Source: Bugula neritina (lineage: Eukaryota > Animalia > Bryozoa). From it: a stretch of 64,000 nucleotides of DNA. Under the pieces are notes generated by a model. It saw only the letters and a program-made list of their open reading frames with translations. It did not search any database and was not told the origin of the DNA. The translations under genes and the position numbers were made by a program. Shown in pieces: positions 12,581 through 23,400 of the stretch (positions are counted from its first letter, which is position 1; every line of letters begins with the position of its first letter). The stretch is from NCBI GenBank assembly GCA_964035545.1, contig OZ037767.1:6154707-6218706 (forward strand), read 5' to 3'.

Positions 12581-12721
12581 TTAACAAATGTTAATGTAGG
12601 TAAAGAATAGATATGAACAGTTGAAGTGCTCGCCCGTCACCTCGTATGGTCCTCAGAAAATCACTCTAATTTTTTTTAGTCGTCGTATAACCCTGTGCAG
12701 GTTTATCCTCTGTACACGTTT

Positions 12722-13273
12722 TTACTCTTCTATCCAGTATCTCAATATCAAATTCTTTGGGTGTAACCCATCTCTAAGAAATCTATCTCTAAACGAGTAT
12801 GTTCCATGCCGTCTCGTAAAAATTCTTCTATGCATATATGGGGTGGCAAACCCCGACGACATGTTAAAACCTATTATCCTTCTTTTCTCTGATACCACCG
12901 TGCTACATGTTCTACAGGTGAAGTCTGCGTTCCTAGAATTAAACACGCCCTTTTACTTTTGAAAGTCAAGAGGGTAGATTGTGCAGAGAATAATATGAAT
13001 ATGGTTGTTATAAAATGTTTCAAAGTACGGATTGAAAAAGCCATCTGATTCAACATTACTATTTGTCACCAGAGAACACCTTCTAGATGAATTCATTTGT
13101 GAAATTTTAACTGGACCTATATGGAAATAGATAATAGAGTTTGAAAATCTACGTCGATTTTTGTTTACGTAACTTATTAGGGTCTCCCAGTTGGCTCCTG
13201 AGATTCTGATCGTAGTCCATGAGGGATTTTCCAATCCCCAAACAATAGAGTTTCTGATGATGTAAGTCCTCAT
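12722..13273 (-). pseudogene. SGNH/GDSL hydrolase-fold ORF (ORF3 of the LTR element), one frameshift near 12950
   Basis: Block I YIIRNSIV (GDS-like), block II ISGA, block III IYFHIGPV, strand IILCTIYP, block V RDGLHP, in the correct order over ~180 aa across ORFs 12953-13273 and 12722-12946. Confidence 0.8.
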
Positions 13274-15971
13274 GATCTACAACACAATGTTATTTGATAG
13301 AGTCGTTCAACTCTATCACTGATTGAAGATTAAGTCTCTTGGGGCGCCTAGAAACCCTTCCCCTGGTTGTTACAAAGGACGGACTCTGGGGTGTTACCGG
13401 TATTGGATGAGATAATTGTCTTCTCGAAAAGAAGTTGCAATTTCCGTTGGTCTAACGGACATCGGTCTGTCTGATAGGCGAGTGGGGAACACTTGCACCT
13501 AACCCCCGTTGAGGCGACTCAGTAAAAGATCACGAACGTCAGTAGATCCGGAGATATGAGCTCGGTTCCTGCGCAACACCACTCCATTATCCCTTGTAGC
13601 CAGAACTTCCCTGCCTCTAGCTCCAATTACCGTAGCACGAACAGTGGGTCTGTTAGGATCCCTAACAATCACAGGCTGGTTTACTTGAAATGGACTCCTG
13701 TCTTTCACCGCGTGTCTCTTGTACCACATTGACTGCCTCCCACGGTAATCAGACTCCAAAACCTTGAGTTGTGAGGCATCTACTCCCGTTTCATTCACAA
13801 AACCCATAGATTTCAATGACCGTCCAAATCACAACTGAGAGGTAGAGTAACCGTTGAAAAGTGGGGTATCATTATATATGCATAGAGACTCCTGTAAGCT
13901 TATAATTTTCTTCAAAAAGTTCTTTACAGTGCCAACAGCTCTCTCAGCCTCTCCATTACTCTGTGGATAACAAGGAGAGCTTGTGATGTGTTGAATGTCT
14001 CATTTTCTCAAATATTCCTGGAATATCTGTGACCGAAATTGTGGCCCGTTGTCACTAACAATAGTGTTTGGAACACCTAGCATACATACTAACTCGTTCA
14101 GGATCTTTGTTAACACAGTAGATTCTGAGAAGTCTTCCAACTCCCTTACCGCAATATATATACTATAGTAATCCACCACAACCACAAAATTCTGTTCTTG
14201 CCAGTTGATTAAATCTACTGCAAGCCTCCACCACGGCCGTTCTGGGAAGACTGTGGTCTGTAAAGTTTCTCTATGTTCAATTCGATGTTCTTCACACTGT
14301 GGGCATTGATTAACTAATTGTTTGATCTGTGCAGTCATTCCAGGCCACCATATGATTTCAGACGCACGTCCTATACATTTGGTTTCACCTTGATGTCCTT
14401 TATGAATGTCTTTAAGCACACGATCTCTCTCTGGTTCTGGAATGAACACTCTATTCATATAGTAAATCACTCCACCAACTTGAGTCATGAACTCTCTAAA
14501 AGTATAAAATGGCTTGATAGCAGCAAGAACCAACCTAATATTAGGCCACTTTTCCGTAATATACTGGAGCAACACAACTCCCACCTCATCCTCAAACAGA
14601 GCCGCCTTGCTTCTCGCCAGCCTGCCAGACGAAATAGGGAGATCTCCAACAAGAGCGCAGAGAACACTTGAGTCTTCCAACTCATCAACATCTGACGAAT
14701 TCACACATTCCAACATTTCCACCTCCGTTGGACTGTGAGAACGCGTCCGCCAGAACAAGTCTCTTACCGGGGGTATATGCAATCGTATAACTGTACGACA
14801 TCATCTTAAGCCTAAACCGTTGTACCCTCAAAGGTAGTTTAGCAAGCTCTTTCTCTCCCAAAACTGATACTAATGGCTTATGATCAGTCTCGATCTGGAA
14901 GTCCTTACCCGACAAATAATAAGAGAACTTACTACATGCCCAGCAAATGGCTGGAGCCTCCTTCTCAATTTGTGCATATCTTCTTTCAACCGCTGCAAGA
15001 GCTCAAGAGGCGAATGCAACAGGATGCCAATTACCATTGACTTTTTGCAAAACCGCTGCTCCCAATCCGTAGGATGAAGAATCCGCACCAACAAGAGTCT
15101 CCGCCTCAACACAATACGGCATTAGAACTGGAGTCTGAACTAACAGAGTTTTTAAACAATTAAATTGTTCAGTACGTGGAGGACCCCATCTCCATTCTAC
15201 ATTAATATTTCATGTCATGGTAATAATAAGAAAAATCTAACGAAGTATTTAATTTTATTTATTTGTAGACACTCATTCTGATAGTTATACTGATGCTCAT
15301 ACTCGTTGGCATATTCATCTTGATAAGGATATTGTAATTGAATTTGATGTTCAAAATTACTGTTTAACTCTATAGTAATTGTAATATTAGATTTAATACT
15401 TGTAATTGTAATAATTGTAAAGCCTAATTATTAGTAAATCATAAAACTAGTAATGTAATAGTAATACTTGTATTAATAATTAGTTATACTCTTTAATTTG
15501 ACAAACAGAACAATTCAGCTCATAAATTTAACTTGATGTTGATAAAATGAAGAATACACTTGAAGCCTAAGCAGATGTTGAAGTGGCTGTTGATAATGAT
15601 TGTAATTTATTATTGCTGTACTTTTATTGAATTTCAATTTACTGGTTTTTGAATTATATTGCACAGAATTTATGATGGTAGTTGGTGGTTTTTGATACAT
15701 GCATAATTTACATACTGATATGTATAATTCTAACCTTTTTAAAAATACTTCTCAACCAACACTAATAAGCTATGCATTAATATAATTTATTTGCTGGTTG
15801 TAATGCATATCTGATGCAATTCTGTGTGTATTTAAAAGCTTTTGTTTTATTTTTTTTAGATATTTGGAAGCTGACACTGTATACAATATACAGTCTTCGC
15901 ACTGAAACATCAGGTTTTTTTACTTAGCTCTGTGTCACTAATAATTTAAAAATTGCTGTCATCAATCAATT

Positions 15972-18620
15972 TTGCTTTTATTCTTCACCATGTCTGCTAA
16001 CCTGCTTAGCTCTTACACCTCTGATCTTGCTGCTTTGGCTGATCTGAACTCCTTAAAAAATGGCCATGTTGTTTCTTTAGCTCGTGAACTTCCAAGAAGT
16101 AGCTCAACAAAAGCTGTAGATATTCTTAAAAAGTTGCCCAATAAATCTTCTAGTAATATAACTGTTCGTAGGCTTAATAGAATTTTAAAAGATTTTCAAG
16201 ACTTCAATAAAAGTGTTAGGTGTTCTTTTGGACGTAAAGCAGTAATCGAATTTCTTGATTTGGATGTTAAATATGCTAAACCAGGGCAGCACTCTTTCAC
16301 CCTCCATTCACAAACATCATCTGTGCCAAGTTTTGTTAGGTCCAAGGCTATGCACAAACCCAGCATGCTGTGTGGAAGTTGCTTAGTTAGAAAAAATGTG
16401 AACCTTCTGGTTACCATACATGTCTTGGAAGAAAAGCTGGCAAATGCTCGCAACAATATTGAAAATTTAGGGGGTAGGTGTTCTAGGCGCAGCAATAGTT
16501 CGAATAAGTCCCAAAAGCTTGTGAAGAAACTAAAAAGAGATAGCTAGTTTAAAAAAGCATGTAGTTGCCAGTTCTAGTGATCAATATGATTTGCAGCAAG
16601 CTCATTCTTCACAAGTAGCTTAAATTGTAAATCTAAAAAAAGAAAATGGGGACCTCAAAGCTCGGCTTGAGCAGTTTGAAATTGAAGTTGATGAGATAAA
16701 GGAAAATTCGAATGCTCTTGGTCAATCTGTAGAAGTGAATGCCAGCACTATTGAAACTAAAGTTAGAGGAAGGTTTTCTGAAAATGTTAGGAAGGCTGTG
16801 TATCAGTGTGCACGCTGCCACGTGCCACAGAACCACATCTCGAGTGTCATCTGTAAAATATCTGAGCTTCTATTCAATAAGTCTATTTCACCTCTTCCTT
16901 CATATGGCACTGTCAACAACATGGTGTCAGAAATGCGGTTTTTATCTAAAGTCCATGCTATAGATTCCATACTTGAATCATCATTTGTGAATATTACTTG
17001 GGATGCTACTACAATCAAAACTAAGCACTTGAATGAACTGCATGTTAATACAAGTTCTGGTTGCTATTTTTTTAGGTGTAAAGACTTTGCCTGATGGCAA
17101 AACCGAAGACTATTCCGAGCACATAATTTCTACGATGGAGTGTGCTGTTCACTGCTATTGTAGGTTCAAATCGATTGCAGATAAGGGTGATGTCTTGAGC
17201 TCAGTAAAATTGAAAGTAACTTCCACCCTTAGTGATAGAGCTGCAGTTAATAATTGTGTGCATAGAGAGTGGGCAAATTATGTAGGGCATGAGTTACTAA
17301 ATTTGTACTGCAATGTGCAACCCCTAGATAGTTTGTCATTGGAATTCAGAAAAGTTGTTGCACTAGCCGAAAAGCAGAATGGTATAGTTTCTAAATTGTA
17401 TGGCTCAGAGTCTGTAATGGTAAAACTCGTTCTAAACATCTCTAAGTTGCGGCACAAAGTAGCTCTGGGCGAATCCATCTGGTTTCGAACATTTTTGGAG
17501 AAAAAAGGAATGGATAAGCTGGTAATGCGTTATGTTGGTAACAGGTTTCACATCCTGTTTGCTCTCTGAGCTAACATCCATTTCCTTCTCGGTCATCTGC
17601 AACATTATTATTCCATCGTATGCACAAAAGATTTCTCTAAAGATATCCTGGCTGCATTGAAACTAGATAAAGTTCAATCAGAGCTACTAGTCGGTGGACT
17701 GTTTGGTAAATGTTTGACAGGGCCTTGGATGACTTGCTTGTACAGGCGTAAAAGCTTATCGAACATTGAAAGTGGCCAAGTGTTGAATGGTGCTTATGCA
17801 AAATTGGGTGATCTTGTTCGTGACCCCAAGATGCTGTGGGCCGAAACTTTCAATTGTTTTGATTTTGCTAATGGTGAAGACCCTGTTGCCAAACATTTAT
17901 GATCAGTTCACCCAAACGAGTTTGCGCTTCAGCTTACAGTTCAAACAGCTCAATCAATTCGGTTGGTGATGCATAGGCAGCTCAAGAAATATTTTGAGAG
18001 AAGGGAGTTTAATGAATTGCCTGCTGAGCAGCTAGTTTTGGCCAGCAATGCACCTGCTGACAATATGGTCTCAGAATCCTTTCTTGGTTTGGCTGATAAT
18101 TTTTATAAGAGGTCGGCCAATGCCTCCGATGCTCATATATCTGCTAAAATAGGATTTTCAAATATGACATTTGATTGGGTTAATAACTTAGATAATGATT
18201 TCTTGTATGCTGCAATTGGCCCTGCTAGAGCTCTACTTGATGAATCTAAATTGTATGCTGTAGAAGTAAAAGATGAAATTTTTGAGAGGCGTAAAACTAG
18301 GGTGCAGGAACGTGCTAACAGCAAAAGGCGTTCTATGACTTTAAACATCAAGCGTTTAATTCGGGACCCTTCCTCATTCTCTGAAAAAGTCTCCAGGTGA
18401 TCTTGTTGGAACAGAGTTTGTTTGGATGTGGAACAATGATGGTAGTGATACTTGTTATCAGTACCGAGTTGTTGGCAGTGCGAGTGCCAGCTCTGGTGTG
18501 TCTAAGTTCTCAGCTGTATACTTAGTAGATGAAGAAACTGTTGATGAAGCAGAAGATCATGAGTTCTGTTTGCATGATTTCGTGGCAGATTTTCTTGTAG
18601 GGGATGTGCTTTTTGAGTAG
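15972..18620 (+). pseudogene. Near-complete divergent hAT-like DDE transposase, frameshifted
   Basis: WDATT (D), SDRAAVN (D), CNVQ (decayed CxxH), GNRF (hAT RW equivalent), DNMVSESFLG (E), N-terminal coiled coil, C-terminal DLVG..W...DFLVGDV tail; several frameshifts and stops. Confidence 0.75.
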
Positions 18621-18911
18621 CTTTTGCATTTTTCGAGTTGCTTTAGTATATTAGGTGTTTGTTGTTTTTGTTATGGTATATTAGGTGTAGATAGCATCCT
18701 GTTCTTGCTTTCCTTTTCATGGTTGTATGTCTCTCAACCACACCTATCACTAATCATAGTTGAAATTTGTCAGATCATTCTCATCTTCGCATGTCTACTT
18801 TCATTTTCCACTTGTCTCTCATATCTATGAACTACTTTTAATATGTTGTAGAGCACAAATTAGAGAGCTGCCATGATGTGCTATTCACCACTCCTCGCCA
18901 CCTTCTCCGGT

Positions 18912-18972
18912 CTACCACAATGGCCCTTTTTAGGGCCACTACCACAACGGCCCTTTTCAGGGCCACTACCAT
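18912..18972. repeat. Duplicated ~26-bp GC-rich motif, probable subterminal repeat
   Basis: ctaccacaatggccctttttagggcca / ctaccacaacggcccttttcagggcca, each containing a ggccc..gggcc hairpin, downstream of the transposase. Confidence 0.5.
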
Positions 18973-19219
18973 AAACAAAGAGTTGTTCTGGGAAGACTTA
19001 AGAAATTTATTCTGTTAGCAATATTCAAATAGATAAATTATCACGCCAAACTGATTTCTGAGAAATTTATTTAGGCAAGTAAATCCGCTGCCTTTCCATA
19101 GCTTTAGTGTATTTTAAATTAGACCTATAATTTGATCTTTTTATTAATACAATACAACCAGTGAGTTTTCGGGGCAATTGAAAGTGTGCCTATTAGGCCC
19201 TCAGCACAACTTCCATTTT

Positions 19220-19553
19220 ACGATGGCATGAAGATGAAGCCATTTGGTGCTTTGAGCAGGCCTGACGCTAGAGGTTTGCTCAAAATGTCAACATGATTTG
19301 GCTGGGATGCCTCAAGACTACTTGGTGTAGTTCCAAGTCTGTGAATGTTGGTACTGCATGCCTAAAATTCAACAAGGGTGCTGCTGCTGTGGTTTTGATT
19401 TGTTGCAGGGAATTCGACCTATTATGGCTCAGTTGGAAGCAGCAGATTGAGTGAAGAGACCAATCAAGTAGCACATGTATGACGAGGAAGATCAGAAGAA
19501 AATACAAGAAGGAAAGGAAACTTACAACAGCATATAAAGCTGATGGATTTTAA
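19220..19553 (+). pseudogene. Kolobok-type (Mutator-like) transposase C-terminal fragment
   Basis: NMIWLGCLKTTWCSSKSV...ACLKFNKG and terminal AYKADGF* match the IW..CPK...FN.G...Y.AG.F* tail of this group; frameshifted. Confidence 0.6.
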
Positions 19554-20463
19554 CCTAAGTGAGTACCATTTATGTTTCTGTAGGCATGATGAACTGATTC
19601 ATGTAATCAAAGTGCTTGCAAAAAATTAAATATATCAGTGTGATGATAGAAAAACCTTCAGGGGTATTTTCAACTTGGAGTTACACTTTTGTTTCAGGTC
19701 AGAAACAGATGATGCCGCAGAAAGACAAACATGGACACTAAAAATATTGAATTTATTTGTTCATCTGCTTTTTTGTAATACTGTGTAAGTGTATAACTCA
19801 GCATATAATATACAACTTAGGGTTTACTGAAACAATTTGCGTCAATCTGTCAAAAAAATTTTGTGAACAGCCTTTTGGCAGCAGATTGTAATAACAGCTT
19901 TACATATTAATATACCTATGGTAGATACTAAGATATAAGTTTGAGCTTTTAAACTTTTTCACTCAGCTTTTCTGTATATTATGCGATATTTACGTTCTAG
20001 TAATAAAATTATACAACTGCTGATGTTGTGGCAAAATAAGTCTAATTTCTTTTTGCAGACATAATTTTTAATAGAAATTATAAAAGATTTATATTAGACG
20101 ATAATAGACCTGACAAAAGTTGCACAGGTGTTTTAGAAGTACGAATTTCACACTTGAGCTTGCCAAGTTGTATAAAGTTATAATGGTGAGATAATGCGTT
20201 TAGTACAGGCTGATTGAGTTTTACAATGGTATTTTATTGTATTTAAGGGAGCAATGATTTATGATACAAATAACATTATATGCTGGATACTAGATGTTAC
20301 AAACTAAATACGTATTTATACATGTATTCTACATATAATTTTGAACAGAGAAAGCCAGTAAGTATTTTGCTAGAGACAACGCATCTCTCTCTAAAAATAT
20401 TTATGTACATGTGCATACTGAATAAATCATTATAAATAAATTACTCAATGGCAATACAACAAA

Positions 20464-23400
20464 TTATTCTTCTCCAGTAACAAACATGAATAAATTCTTT
20501 GTAGTAGAAGTCAGAATATGTTTGGTTCTTTCATGACCAATGCACATGCTCAGCTTATGAGCCTCAGAGTTTGAGAACAGTACCAGGCAAGATGCGTCAG
20601 TCAGCTGTGACGTCTTGTACATGTTGCAGATCTCAGAGAAGAACTGGGGGTATGTCGGCAGAGAGTAAAAGACCAGCTGCCGTATCTTCTTCAGGTGCAT
20701 TCTGTAAACAGGAAGTAAATGGTTGAAGAGAATTTGTTAAAAAAATTCTGCTGTTGAAAAGTCGGAGCTGAGTAGAGCCTATGTCAGCCAGCCACCTAGT
20801 TTTATCTCTATTCATCATTGAGTTCAATAATGGATTTTTTTAGTCAGTTGCAAAATTGTGGTTAGAGTAGATAATAATTAAATGCTATAGAGCTCTGACC
20901 ATAGACATTTATCAGTAGAAATTGCCAGTTTATCATAATTTCAGAGGGCTTAGCAACTCACCTTCTAAAGAAATGAATTCTTTCCGTGTAAAGCATAAAA
21001 TGTGTCTCCTTAGTGAAAAATTTCTTTTTAGCTCTTTTGACAGCTTTTTCACTAGAATATCTACAACAAACATAAATATATAAAAAATATGAACAGACAA
21101 GATCTTATGGTTTTATAATACATAACATCTTGCAAGGTCCTAATATTCTCTAATGAGAGGCAATGAAAACCTCCCATCCATCTGCAGTGTCCTATATTTA
21201 AAACTACAGCTATTGTGTATCAGAAGTAAAGATAGAGTAGAATGGTTAACCGGTAACAGAAGTTACAATTTATGTACCCTAGTGCAGTTAGATGTGCGAA
21301 CTTGGAAACCGAAAAAATATTTTTAATGTCCTTGCTACTATTAATGAAGACCTGCTATTACATGTCAAACAATGGAACATCGCCTTGATGTACTTTAAGT
21401 AACGGATGCTGAAATGCATTTGATTAATACATCTCAACAGCTGGCTTGGTAAAAAATATTTCAAGTTTTAGTAGCACATGTCAAACTGCAATGGGACAAA
21501 ACTATAGTTTATCAGAGCTCCCACTGTTATGTGTATATAAGATGCTTTTAAAACTGTTATATCAGAAATAAACTTGTAGCCAGATTACAGCCTATATTTG
21601 CACTCTTCTAGCACATTTCAATACAGTTTGTGTTGGCAATACAAATTCAGAACTTTGCACATAAGTAATTTCAATAAAACAGTGGAGCAGAAATTGTCTA
21701 CACTTTACAAAGTTACATTATCTCATGTTGTAGTTGAAACACATTTATAAGCTATGTTATTGAATAAAAATTAATTCTATCAAAATCAAACAATTTTAGT
21801 GTGTGTTGATCATACAGGAATGAGGCTACAGCATCACAAGATCCAATAATAATAGAAATACTGCAATTCCTCAGCATCCCCATCTTATGATCGGCACAAA
21901 CATGAAGTTAAAAGTCATTTACTAGGATTAAAATAATTGAAAAAATATGTTAGATGGCTAAAGAAATGCATAGCTGTTAGAATTTTTACAAAGTGGATAA
22001 CTTACTCGCACACGAGAGACGTTTCCAACTTCTCTTTATGGAAATAGTTTCTCAGTCTAACATAATCATAGTATGCTGGGACGTAGATTAATGTGCCAGC
22101 TTTCTCCTTCCCAGTATACCGTGGCAATACCTACATATTAAGTATAAATGCTGTGTTAGCGCAAAACCTTCCAGAATAGACTTGTAAAACAAAGAGAATA
22201 CAATTTCACAGGAATACAGAGCTCATATTCAAACTTCAACAAGCTTAGCACGACAATTGAACTTGACTTGAAAAAAACACAAACATAGTTTCCAAATAAA
22301 ACCAACAGTAGACACCCATTAATGGTTTGTAAAACGAATTTCCCGGGAATGGTGTACTTATGTAGGTTTAGGGATATATGCTGTTTGAAATTTGACTTTC
22401 ACTTTTATACAATATGGCTGCTTCATAGGAAGTACGAGTTTTCACTATTTCAACTTCTATACCGCCATAGTCCAGTTCCAAAAAATCTAAAATTTAGCCG
22501 ATATCTTGAACCTGAACAATGGAACAAGAAATACTTGAACTTACTTCTTTTATAAAATATGAGAATCTATCATCTGGTAAAGTACCAGGACTGGTGGAAG
22601 GAAACCGCTGAAAGAGGAGTGGCATCTGTGACACAATGTGACAGATAGAGCCAGTGCTTGCGGCAGGCTCCAGCTTCACTTCACCGCTCTTATCTGTTTG
22701 TAATAATACGTCGCATAAGAAACATGAAAGAAACTAGTAGAGTCTTTTGAGTAGAGTCTATTATATAAAAACATTGAAACAATGGTGTTTTCAACAGAAG
22801 AGGTTGTGCAATATTTAAAATGGCAGCAAATTCCTTAAAACTCATAGATGCTCTATTTAATTAAACTGAAAGTTCACATCCTGCAGCAATAACACTTGTG
22901 AGGTTAAAAATACGGCAGTTTCATAGCATTCCGAAAATTCAGCTGTTAGCATTCACCAGGCACAACGGGGGGGGGGGGGGATAACTCAGTTTACATAGAG
23001 ATGTTATGTAGAAGTAGAAAGATGAGAAGCAACAACAATTATCATTTATACCACACGTGAACAATTTCCTCTCTTACATCATACCCTGAATTTTGCTCAG
23101 TAGTGTACCTAACACTATGCTATAGATTTCAATACATAATTCTTGCATATTATAACATATTAAAACACCTGGGTTGCCAGAAAATGCAAACTAGAAGCTT
23201 CATGTTTGAGGATCAAATGCTTTAAACTAATACTTTGTTCATCTTTTGAATTGAAATTTTAAAAACCGGCCAAAACTTCAACAAAAATATAGTTATAGCA
23301 ACAACAAAAAATTGTGGTTAAAATATTTGCTCAAGCATTTTATCAGTTTGAACACAAACTACTTCAATTATTAACATGACTTTTATAGGTTGAATTTTAA

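Larger units (their letters stand above)
12092..15200 (-). mobile_element. 5'-truncated Gypsy LTR retrotransposon, Mag/Steamer-like clade (RNase H, integrase, extra ORFs, candidate 3' LTR)
   Basis: RNase H ADSSSYGLGAVL...YAQIEKEA...ETDHKPL...ADAFS; integrase HKGHQGETKC...CPQC, AVDL, SDNGPQF, QSNGEAERAV; C-terminal ...LRRNRAHI typical of Mag-like pol. Frameshifts and stops present. Confidence 0.9.
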
